In this document: positions 10,386 to 19,802 of the stretch, in pieces | Position numbering within the stretch: the stretch's first letter is position 1 | Layout: every line of letters begins with the position of its first letter | Assembly: GCF_000143415.4 (NCBI RefSeq) | Contig: NW_003314277.1 | Location: 69,426 to 133,425, forward strand | DNA: 64,000 nt | Direction: 5' to 3' | Source: Selaginella moellendorffii | Taxonomy: Eukaryota > Plantae > Lycopodiophyta | Notes under the pieces: model-generated | What the model was told of the DNA's origin: nothing | Database searches by the model: none | Seen by the model: the letters and a program-made list of their open reading frames with translations, nothing else | Position numbers and translations under genes: made by a program

Positions 10386-12080
10386 ATGCTCGAGCAAATA
10401 CCCTGCCGGCTCAATCATCTCAGGACTCTAGCCGCGCCCCCTCTCCGGATCTCGGATTGCGCAGCCTTGATCCAGCACTACGCGCGCACGAAATCGCTGC
10501 TCGAGGGCAAATGCTTCCACGAGGAACTCAAGAAATCCTTCGATCGCATCGATCCCTTCCTCTCCAATTTCCTCATCCTCATGTATGGCAACTGCGGCAG
10601 CGTCGCGGACGCGCGGTCGACATTCGAAAGTATCGAGCAGCGCAATGTCTTCTCCTGGAACATGCTCGTCACGGCATATGCCCGGAACGGGCATCTGTCC
10701 ACCGCGGAGATCATCCTCGAGAAATTCCCGGAGCACTGCTCGATCGCCATGAACACCACGATCACGGCGCATGCGAATTCCGGATCGCTCGATCGAGCCA
10801 AGAAACTGTTCCAGAAGATGCCAGTGGCGGATGTCGTCGCCTGGACAGCGCTCATCGCCGGACATACCATCGCTGGGCATCACGCGCAGTCGATCCAGCT
10901 CTTCCGGGCGATGTGCCTCGGCGGCGTCATGCCCGATCGCGTGGCGCTCATCAGCATTCTCGAGGCCTGCGATTGCCTCCGCGACGCGAGATCGATCCAC
11001 TCTATCATCCTGGAAGCTGGGCTGATCGGAGATCCCCAGATTTGCAGCGCTCTCCTCACGGCCTATGGCAGGAACCGGCGGCTGGAGCTCGCGACATCCA
11101 TCTTCCACGCGATGAAGCGCAGAGAATTGGTATCCTGGAACGCGATGATCTCGGCAGCTGCCAAGAATGGAGATCTTACTCTCGCAAGAGATCTCTTCTC
11201 GAGAATGCCCGAACGTGATGTGATCTCCTGGACAGCGCTCTTCGCCGAGGTCGCGCAAACCGGGGAGCTCGATCAAGCAAAGCATCTGTTTGATCGAATC
11301 CCGGAGCGCAACGACATCGCCTGGAACGCGATGATCGCAGCGTATGCCCAGAACGGGCATGGAGAGGAGGCGCTGGAGATCTTCCGGACGATGGATCTCG
11401 AGGGCGTCTTCCCAAACAGGGCGACATTCGTGAGCACTCTCGACGCGTGCACCATCTCCAAATCCTCTGCCAAGATGGGACGCTTCCTTCTCGCGGAGCT
11501 GCGCTGCCTTGGATACCATGGCGGCGACATCCGCCTGGACACCGCGCGGATCAATCTCCTCGGCAAGATCGGGAGCTTGGCCGCCGCGGTGGAGATCTTC
11601 GCGGGAGTGATCGACAAGAACGATATCTGCTGGAACTCGATGATCGCGGCGTATGCCACGAACGGGCATATCGAGGAGGCTATGGCGTCTCTCTCCGCCA
11701 TGACTCTCGACGGCTTCCACCCCAACGAGATCACCTTCCGGATCGTTCTTGGGGCGCTCAGCCACGCCGGGCTGATGGATCCGAGCTGGGATCTCTTCGT
11801 CTCCTCCGCCAGGGATTACTCGATCCGCCCGGCGATGGAGCACTATGTTTGCATCGTGGATCTCCTGGCCCGCGTTGGAAGGCTGAGCGAGGCGCGAGAT
11901 CTCATCGCGAGAATGCCATTTCATCCGGATCCAGTGGCCTGGACGGCGCTGCTCGGGGCTTGCAAGCTCCAGGAGGAGCGGGATCTGGGCGAGTTTGCCG
12001 CGGCGATGCTCGTGCAGCTGAACTCTGAGAACGATTCGCCCTACGTCGTCCTCTCGCATCTCTACTCGAAAGATGGATGA
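10386..12080 (+). CDS. PLS-class PPR protein with E domain, intronless
   Basis: 564-aa ORF of PPR motifs ending HYVCIVDLLARVGRL...MPFHPDPVAWTALLGAC...SPYVVLSHLY. Confidence 0.92.
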   Translation: MLEQIPCRLNHLRTLAAPPLRISDCAALIQHYARTKSLLEGKCFHEELKKSFDRIDPFLSNFLILMYGNCGSVADARSTFESIEQRNVFSWNMLVTAYARNGHLSTAEIILEKFPEHCSIAMNTTITAHANSGSLDRAKKLFQKMPVADVVAWTALIAGHTIAGHHAQSIQLFRAMCLGGVMPDRVALISILEACDCLRDARSIHSIILEAGLIGDPQICSALLTAYGRNRRLELATSIFHAMKRRELVSWNAMISAAAKNGDLTLARDLFSRMPERDVISWTALFAEVAQTGELDQAKHLFDRIPERNDIAWNAMIAAYAQNGHGEEALEIFRTMDLEGVFPNRATFVSTLDACTISKSSAKMGRFLLAELRCLGYHGGDIRLDTARINLLGKIGSLAAAVEIFAGVIDKNDICWNSMIAAYATNGHIEEAMASLSAMTLDGFHPNEITFRIVLGALSHAGLMDPSWDLFVSSARDYSIRPAMEHYVCIVDLLARVGRLSEARDLIARMPFHPDPVAWTALLGACKLQEERDLGEFAAAMLVQLNSENDSPYVVLSHLYSKDG

Positions 12081-13861
12081 TCGAATCTTTCGCGGGAACT
12101 TGGGAGAACCCTAAATTTTGGGCGATGCGATGGCGCCATTTACAAATCCGGGGCTTCTACACCGCCGAGTACATTGGCAAGAAGAAGAAGCTCGAGACCA
12201 AGTCACTGGCTGCCGGATGCCTGGATTTCCTCGCTCAGTCGCTCACCAAGATCCAGCCCTCGCGGATTTCCGCCAGCAAGGAGCAGCGATCATGGCAGGA
12301 CGCTTGCGCGGACAGCCCCGACGATCAATTTGCCGAGGACGACGAGGAACCCAGGCCGGCGATCCCCGTGATTGTGAAAGAATGCTGGGATCCACAGCTC
12401 CGGGCGTCCGTGGATCAGATCCTCCACCTCAAGATGCGCGCCCATCCCTCGAGCTACTTCCACGCGATCCGGGATTGCACGAGCAAGAAAGCCCTGCTCG
12501 AGGGGACGATGCTCCACGCCCATCTGTGCAAGGGAGGATTCAAGCCCAACACTGTTCTAGGGAATCTCTTGATCCAGATGTACGGCGTGTGTGGCCGTGT
12601 CGACGACGCCAGGGCAGTGTACGACACCCTCGAGTTTCGCAACGTCTTCTCCTCCAACATTATGATCGCGGCATATGCCCATAATGGGCATTTGCAGGAC
12701 GCCGTGGATGTATTCCAGTCTTCGCGGGCTACCAATGTGGTGACGTGGAACACCATCGTCGCGGCATATGCCCAGAATGGCGGGCTTGAGGAGGCCGCGG
12801 CATTGTTTGAGAGGACGCCGGATCGTAACGTGGTGTCATGGAATAACATGATATCCGCATATGCCCACTCTGGGCATCGTGGCGATGCCATTTTTCTTTT
12901 CCGGAAGATGGACCTCGAGGGCGTGGCGCCAAACCGGGTGACGTTTCTACATGCCCTAGATTCCTGTTCCAGTGTGAGCGAGGGTCTCTGCGTCCACGGA
13001 GAGATGCTCCAGTCGAGCGTAGAATTCGACGTAGCCGTAGGTACTGGGCTGGTGATAATGTACGGCAGATGTGGGTACGCCGGAGCTGCCAGATTCGTCT
13101 TCGACCGGCTCGGATCCTCCGACGTGGTGATGTGGACGGCCATGATCGTCGCGTACGCGCAGGCCGGTGACACGTTGGACGCCAGGTCGGTGTTTGACCG
13201 GATGCCAGCGCGGAGCTCCGTGACGTGGAATGCCATGGTGGCGGCCTATGCCTTTAATGCCAACGCCACGTCGGCGCTCGCGGTCTTCAAGCTCATGGAC
13301 CTCGAGGGCGTCCCGGCCACGAAGATCAGCTTTATCTGCGCGCTCGACGCCTGTTCCAGCGGCTCTTTGCTCGCGGCGGGGAAGACGATCCACGCCAATG
13401 CGATCGACAGCGATCTGGGCGACGATCTGCCGGTGGCGAATGCGATCATCAATATGTACGCGAGATGCCGCGACCTGGAGCGAGCCAAGCAGAAGTTTTC
13501 CTCCATGCCCAAGAAGAATCTGGTGTCTTGGAGCGCGATGGTTTCGGCGTATGCGCACTGCGGGCATTCGCGGGAAGGATTCGAGACGTTCCAGGCGATG
13601 CAGCTGGAAGGATTGAGGGCGACGGAGGTGACGCTGTGTAGCGTTCTTGCGGCAGCGAGCAGTGCCAGCAAGTTCCTAGATGGGGTGACGTATTTCCTGA
13701 CAGTTCCTGAGGACTATGGCTTCCAGCGGATCATGGATCACTACGTTTCCGTGGCGGACATGCTCGCCAGATCCGGCGTGCTCGATCACGGGCTCGCCAG
13801 CGCCAAGAACGACGTGGATTGTTTGCTTGCGGAGCACAGGCCGCTCGAGATACCATCGTGA
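12077..13861 (+). CDS. PLS-class PPR protein with truncated E domain (true start may be the ATG at 12125)
   Basis: 594-aa ORF of PPR motifs. Similarity stops after HYVSVADMLARSGVLD, and the usual MPFxPD..W..LL segment is absent. Confidence 0.85.
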   Translation: MIESFAGTWENPKFWAMRWRHLQIRGFYTAEYIGKKKKLETKSLAAGCLDFLAQSLTKIQPSRISASKEQRSWQDACADSPDDQFAEDDEEPRPAIPVIVKECWDPQLRASVDQILHLKMRAHPSSYFHAIRDCTSKKALLEGTMLHAHLCKGGFKPNTVLGNLLIQMYGVCGRVDDARAVYDTLEFRNVFSSNIMIAAYAHNGHLQDAVDVFQSSRATNVVTWNTIVAAYAQNGGLEEAAALFERTPDRNVVSWNNMISAYAHSGHRGDAIFLFRKMDLEGVAPNRVTFLHALDSCSSVSEGLCVHGEMLQSSVEFDVAVGTGLVIMYGRCGYAGAARFVFDRLGSSDVVMWTAMIVAYAQAGDTLDARSVFDRMPARSSVTWNAMVAAYAFNANATSALAVFKLMDLEGVPATKISFICALDACSSGSLLAAGKTIHANAIDSDLGDDLPVANAIINMYARCRDLERAKQKFSSMPKKNLVSWSAMVSAYAHCGHSREGFETFQAMQLEGLRATEVTLCSVLAAASSASKFLDGVTYFLTVPEDYGFQRIMDHYVSVADMLARSGVLDHGLASAKNDVDCLLAEHRPLEIPS

Positions 13862-14339
13862 AGCTCGCTGATGCTGTTTCTCAAGGATAGATCTCAAGTA
13901 TCTAAGTTATCTAGTTTGGTGAGGCCTGGCACGCCCAAGGAGGACTCTTTGGCAAGCCTGGATATGTTGTCCATCAAAGATAAGAACATCGGAAACCTCT
14001 CGTCGGGAACCCCGCAAGCCATGGCAGCCTCAGTGAGAGTGGTGATCGGGCGTGGGACAAGCTCCGGTGATGGTCATCCGCGAGAAGAGCTGCTGGATGT
14101 ATCAAGAAGGGACATCGATATCAAGAATGCCAGGGAACGTTGTAGCATTTGCCCCGCACGGGCATTTCTTCAGGGCTCTTGCTTTGCCTCGCCACCTATT
14201 GTTTTGATGGGATGGCGAACACGATGGCACTCTTGGCCACTGGCCACTGGTCGTGATTTGGTACATGCAATGGGGGCCTACGAGTGTCAAGGGCAGAGTG
14301 GGTGGGCATCTAACAAATTGCCTGGCTTGGGTATTTTGT

Positions 14340-15760
14340 GTGCCGTCACGATCGAGCGAGAGAAACGGTGTATAGCAAACAAGGTATGGCGCTTGTGAAG
14401 ATATGGCGGCAGCTGCTGGCTATGGAAAAGGACGATCATCCTCCTACATGCTCCTTGCAACAAGCAGAGCTTGCAAGCCCAGCAAGCTCAAGAGTGGCGA
14501 GGAGCATTTCCCAGACGATGAACTCAACCGCTTTTGTCTGGCGGCACTGCAACAGGGCACAAGTAAGCTCGCTTTTAACTTTTTTCTGGTTTTTGCTTCC
14601 GAACTGACTGGCTGTTTGCTTTTCTTTTTAAGTTTGCTAGACCCGACCCCCCGGACTCGAGGACTGACTTGGCTGTGGTCGGCTAAGCGGAGATCATCCG
14701 CCAGAGGACGATGGGTAAGTCGAGTCTCTGGTTGTTCTTGAAGTGATTTTGGATTGGTTTTTGTAGTGGAGTGGAGCAATTGCTTGACTGCTGAAGAAGA
14801 TGACCAAACTTATGGTAAGCTGTTCTTCCGTTCCTTAACGGGCTGGCCCTCACGGTTAAGTTAATCGGACCATCTGTGGCCGTGGATCGAGAAATGTTGC
14901 AGTACTTCCAGTCGCTGAGGATTCTTGTGATCCCTTCAACGTCCTCCTGCCTTCTTCTCTGTGATCTCCACTGTTCGCTGCCTCTCTTCCAGCGAGTCAA
15001 CCAGGACGACTTGCAGCTCCTTCGCAATTTCATGATAGACGTGGAGTTACAAGAATCTTGCCTGATCAACAGCGTCTGGTGCAGCAAGAAGATCCAACTA
15101 CACCAGTGCTTATGAGGCGAAATCTTCTTGATGCTGAAGAAGATGACGGTAAGCTATTTGTGCTCCTTTTGTGGCTTTTAGTGCTCCAGCGAGGAACACC
15201 TACGCACTGCAACTGTCGCTGGGGATTCTCGGTAATGTAAGCATGCTTTGCGTTTCTCTCTTTTTGCCAGCTTCCATGTTCCAGTTTCAAGCAAGAGAAG
15301 CAGTATATGGCCCTTGGTGATCACTTGGACTCACAACTCTACCTCGAAGGCTTTAAGCTCTACCTCTCTACTGCAGCATCCATCAGTGATTATCCAAGGA
15401 TTACAGGTCTTTTGCTCGTGGATCTCAAGCTGTGAGATGCAGGTTTTGTATTCCATTTTGAAGTAAGACACATGCTAGCGGCATCTGGCCTTCATCCAAC
15501 AAACAAGTCCTTGACCCGCTGGATGCTTATCTTGTGTTACGTTTTCCTGTCTCCACGCTTAACACTTGCTTGTAAAGGTTGCGTTGCCGGTGGTGGTCGT
15601 TCTGTTCTTTCCATCACGGGCTGCATGGAAGCTCCTCTACAAGGTGGCGACAATCCATGCAACGAGTAAGAGGGTGTAAGTAGCTTGCCGGGAAGAGGTG
15701 ACTGGGAGATCATCGTTCCTGAGCGAGGAAAGCGAGGAGAGCTGGCTAGCTTGGAAGAAG
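14340..15760 (+). pseudogene. Relic of the same unidentified family as 3330-4800 and 17570-19740
   Basis: 15575-15760 is a diverged duplicate of 18055-18260, and 14980-15075 matches the 4496-4795 (-) ORF. No long ORF. Confidence 0.45.
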
Positions 15761-15765
15761 ATAGG

Positions 15766-15807
15766 CTCGCCTTGGTGATCACCGAATTTTTTGCCAAGGC
15801 TCCTATG
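15766..15807 (+). pseudogene. 3'-terminal ELIP fragment
   Basis: CTCGCCTTGGTGATCACCGAATTTTTTGCCAAGGCTCCTATG translates to LALVITEFFAKAPM; the ELIP copies read LALVITEFFTKTPV. Confidence 0.7.
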
Positions 15808-15989
15808 ATCAAAGGTCATCCGTTCAAGATTTCACAACAAGAACAATCTTTGTATTAGCTATACATACTACTGGTGAGTTTGCAGTTTCCTCTCGCTGGG
15901 TGATATCATCCAAAATTACCACTGCGGATGCCCTCTGGAGCTCACCACCTCTCGTGCTTCATCACTGCGTGAGAACAATGCGCCTTTGA

Positions 15990-16265
15990 CTATGTTACAA
16001 CGGAGTTGACAAAGGTCCTTTGGGCTTGATAAATGTCACGAGAGAGCTGTTTCACCGTCCCCAAGCTCCAGTTGAGCACGCGATCCCCGAAGAGCGTCCT
16101 TGCCATCCCCGAAACGAGATCTTTGTCGCCATCACCGGCCTTCGCATTTTCCGTGAGTGGAAACCTCAGCATCGTGGAGGACTGAGGCGAATACGTAGCT
16201 TCTCCAACAATGAGCTTGCATGCCTTCGTGAACGTAGGACTACACCTCTTGAAAGCACCTCTCGT
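15990..16265 (-). pseudogene. Diverged C-terminal fragment of the orphan REase-like family
   Basis: SSTMLRFPL...DLVSGMARTLFGDRVLNWSL aligns with SSILSFPV...LLVSGLLRMFFGNRVLHWTL of the adjacent gene. Confidence 0.7.
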
Positions 16266-16297
16266 TGAGATTCCTGGCAGCCACTGTGGGTCATTCT

Positions 16298-17377
16298 ATG
16301 GAGTCGCACGCCAGCAGTGTGTTTAGCCTGGAGCAGCCGCTGGTCCAGGTAGAGCAAGGCAGGGTCAAGAAATTCGGTGGCGATGGCGCCCTCGTGAGCG
16401 AAGAGGTGTCACAGTTCCTCCTGGGTGAGCTTCTCTTCGAGATCCAAAGGCACGGCAGCGCTTACGGCAGTCTCAAAGGAACTAGGCGGGCATGGCTACT
16501 CACGGCTTTGCTCTCTAACTTGCTCACGCGGTTCTCTCCAAAGCCCGGAGAGCTCATCGAGGGCGAGCCACCGAAATACAAGGCCAGGGCCACCTCCGCT
16601 CGCTGCGAGCAGCAGCTTAACGGCGTGATGAATTGCTACACTTACGATTTCAAGCTGGACAAGAGTCTTCCCAGCGCTGTTCTTGTGGTGGTGCAAGGCG
16701 GCCGTGACGAATCCAAGTGGCCCGACTGCATGTACCAGGCACTGAGCCAGGCCGGCATGGCGGCAGCGATCAGGAACTCGTCGGCAAACAGGCTGAGGAA
16801 AGTCCACTGCCTGGTGCTCGGCGATGGTTGGTGGGGCTGTGCCGAGATCCATCCTCTGGGCTACGTGATGGTCAAGCCCGGAAGCAGGATCTCGAGCAGC
16901 AGCGTCGAGGAATTCAGATGCCAGCTTGAATCCAAAGGGACGATCAAAAGCGGTAGTGCCAAGCTCCTCTCGAAGAGCTTCCAGCGCTATCCAGACAAGA
17001 AGAGCTTGTTGGTGGAGCTGGAGGAACGAGTGAGGCTGCGAACCGAGGAGGCGGCCAGAGCACTCAACGCCAGGCTCGTTTTCGACAAGATTGTGCACAG
17101 CGAGGAGATAGAACGCAGCTTCTCGCCCGTGATTGAGAAGAGAAGACTGCTGCTCGTAGGAGCGATTGTTTGTGACAGTATGGTCTACGAGAGCAGCATT
17201 CTGAGCTTCCCGGTGGCGCGCAAGGTAAGCGCCAATAACAAGCTTCTTGTTTCGGGTCTCCTCCGGATGTTTTTCGGTAACCGGGTGCTGCACTGGACGC
17301 TCCCGGGGATCCAGAGACTGGTTGCCACACGCGACAAGGAGCTCGAGGAGAAAGTGGATGCTGTGCTAATGCCATAG
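16298..17377 (+). CDS. Orphan 359-aa intronless protein; putative PD-(D/E)xK (Crinkler-REase-like) fold, copy 1
   Basis: Intact ORF from ATG 16298, conserved with 52298-53377. The motif order E..YDF..VLVVVQGGR..QALSQA..RN..VHCLVLGDGWW suggests the fold; this is inference. Confidence 0.75.
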   Translation: MESHASSVFSLEQPLVQVEQGRVKKFGGDGALVSEEVSQFLLGELLFEIQRHGSAYGSLKGTRRAWLLTALLSNLLTRFSPKPGELIEGEPPKYKARATSARCEQQLNGVMNCYTYDFKLDKSLPSAVLVVVQGGRDESKWPDCMYQALSQAGMAAAIRNSSANRLRKVHCLVLGDGWWGCAEIHPLGYVMVKPGSRISSSSVEEFRCQLESKGTIKSGSAKLLSKSFQRYPDKKSLLVELEERVRLRTEEAARALNARLVFDKIVHSEEIERSFSPVIEKRRLLLVGAIVCDSMVYESSILSFPVARKVSANNKLLVSGLLRMFFGNRVLHWTLPGIQRLVATRDKELEEKVDAVLMP

Positions 17378-17569
17378 CCTTTGAGAACATCTCAAGTATA
17401 GTTACATAGTGTCGTGCTGTCATCCAGCCGAGGATCAATAGCCATGGAACAATGGAAGGAAGTTTGAGATCTTTAGGACGGTTTTCGTGTTGCAAGTGCA
17501 AACTCTTCGCTTCTAGCTTAGTACCCATGGCAACGGCATATTCTTACGAGGCACAGATGCGTGGTTAAC

Positions 17570-19740
17570 TCTTTTGCGGCTTCAGCGCGGGGCGTTGTTT
17601 CAAGTCCTACAACTCCAACGTGAGCAATCTTTGCATTCCTTTCGGTGTGTGTGGATGCATGCTTCCAAATCTAGCACACTGCTTCCCACTAACTGTAAGT
17701 CTAGTTCGTTTCTTTTTCCGTTTCTCATATCTCCTCGCTTAACTCTTACTTGTATAGAGCAGAGCATGGATTGCCGGAGCTGGGCCGTCCTGTTCTTATC
17801 GGCCAGATAAACAGTGAACTCTTTTATGGTTGGTGTCGTCTCAAGTCCTACAACTCAAATTGAGTTTGCATTTTTTGTTGGTGGATCACAGGCTATGAGA
17901 ATTCCATTTTCAAACAAAATACATACCAGTGGTGTCTTGCCTTTCATTCCATAAACCAGTCCGTGAGGGGCCAAGAACCTGCTGAATGCTTATGGACAAT
18001 ATTCCTTGGCTCAGTCGACAGACAGACTCCATCAAAGTGTAAGTCTATCTTTTAGGTTGCATTGCCAGAGCGCGCAAGTGGTTGTCGTTCTGTTCTTTAC
18101 ATCACGGGTTGCCTGCAAGCCCCTCTACAAGGCGACAGTCCATGCAACGAGCAAGAGGTGGAAGTAGCTTGCCGAGAAAAGGTGGAAGGCGAGCAGCCAC
18201 ATCGTGACTGGAAGATAATCCACAGAGGAAAGAGCGGAGAGCTGACCAGCTTAGGTGAGCAGAATCCAATAAAGCTGGATAATGTAGACTCTTGAAGTCC
18301 GAATTGACAAGCAGCTGGACTCCAGATATCAGGTGCAGGTTATTTGGCTTTTCTAGAGGCAGCATCCATTCTACGGTGGTTACTCTATCAGCTTGGTACG
18401 CAGAAGCGTCTCATCTTTAGTCGGAATTGACAAGCATCTCGATTTCAATCCGGATGGAAGATATGAGACGCAGAATCCGATAGTGTTGTCAACCGGTACT
18501 TCTCTTGGAGCTTCAGCTTCATGAGACTTTAGGCTTGGCGGTTATCAGAGAAGGGCTTAGAGACGGGTGATTAAGAAGAAGGCTCTAGTTTTCACAGGCT
18601 GTGGAAAGCTTGCCAGTACTGGACAAGATGCTGCCGGAGTTGCGTCCAGCTTTACCGACGCGGTCTGATGCTCACGAATATGTCCATCATAAAGAATAAC
18701 CATCCAATGTATCAACTGCAAGGTAAGTTTCGTGGCGATGAAATCTTCATTGCGATCTTTACACTTCGAAACATCAACTGGTGCCTCTCGACGTCCATTA
18801 CAGAGCAGATGAGATTACAACGTGGTTACTTTGGTGCGCAGCGACAGCACTCAGGAGTTCCTGCAGGCGGACCACAGCTCAATTAAACCGTTCCTCGCTT
18901 TCCACAGCTGCTCGCAGAACACCTGGCCAATGAGGAAGAATATGGGATGGCTGAGCGAGTGGAAGCTGCTTGCTTGGAAGACGAGCAGCTGAACATTGTG
19001 CCCGAACGAGGAAAACGACGAGCAGAGGTTGCTATCTTCGAAGAAGCTCAAGCGGTGGAAAACGGCTGATTGCTCGGAAGTTGAAGTAGCTTCTCCACTG
19101 TTGCTGGTCCGCATTTGAAGAGCACAAGGAGGAGCAAGAAGAAGATCTTGAAGAGACGCAATGTTTGAAGCGACAGTTGAGAGTTTTCAGAGCCTCAACC
19201 AGTTCTTCTCGACGTCCAACATCTGATCTGGTGCTCAGGGAGGGCTGCTTTAAAAGTCGAAGCAGCTCGACTCTAATCAGGATGGTGATATCAGGTGCAG
19301 TTTTTGAGAGGCAACATCCATTCTACGGATCAGAAGCCTCTCAGATGCATCGCCACTTAAAACCAATCGTTCCCGAGCCTTAAGTTCTCGACGATGATAG
19401 CTCATTTCCAGCTGAAGAAGCGTCTGCGTAGTAACCATCGTAGAGATAGATGCTGCGTCTCAAATATCTTCCATCCGGATTGGAGTCGAGTTGCCAACTC
19501 CGACTTCGAAAGCTGGAGATAAGTGATAAGTGAAAAGGAAGGAAGCAAGCGTTTAGCGAGTAATAAAAGAAGATCTTGGGACTCACCATGTCCGTCGCCA
19601 TGGAGCGTCTCAACAAGAATTACTACGTTTTCACTCGGAAGAAATCACAACGATCTGAGGTGCCGCGATGAAGAAGAGGTTTACAAGCATTCTCATGCTT
19701 CGAGATTTTTCCACTGCGCTTACAATTCATGCGTTTGCAA
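17570..19740 (+). pseudogene. Scrambled relic of an unidentified family, with a local inversion at ~19350-19515
   Basis: Several blocks match 3400-4450 on the opposite strand, whereas 19352-19515 matches 3764-3921 on the same strand. Confidence 0.5.
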
Positions 19741-19802
19741 GGTACAAGGCATACGAAGAATTTTAGTTTTTGTATTGTCCAATACATTCGCAATGGAGGA
19801 CA

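Noticed and set aside
7151-13671. Long antisense and alternate-frame ORFs (e.g. 10428-12059, 7151-8167, 8640-9641, 8469-9440)
   Set aside because: Shadow ORFs of GC-rich coding sequence with no recognisable domains.
13871-14398. 175-aa ORF after the truncated PPR
   Set aside because: No recognisable motif or paralog in the window.
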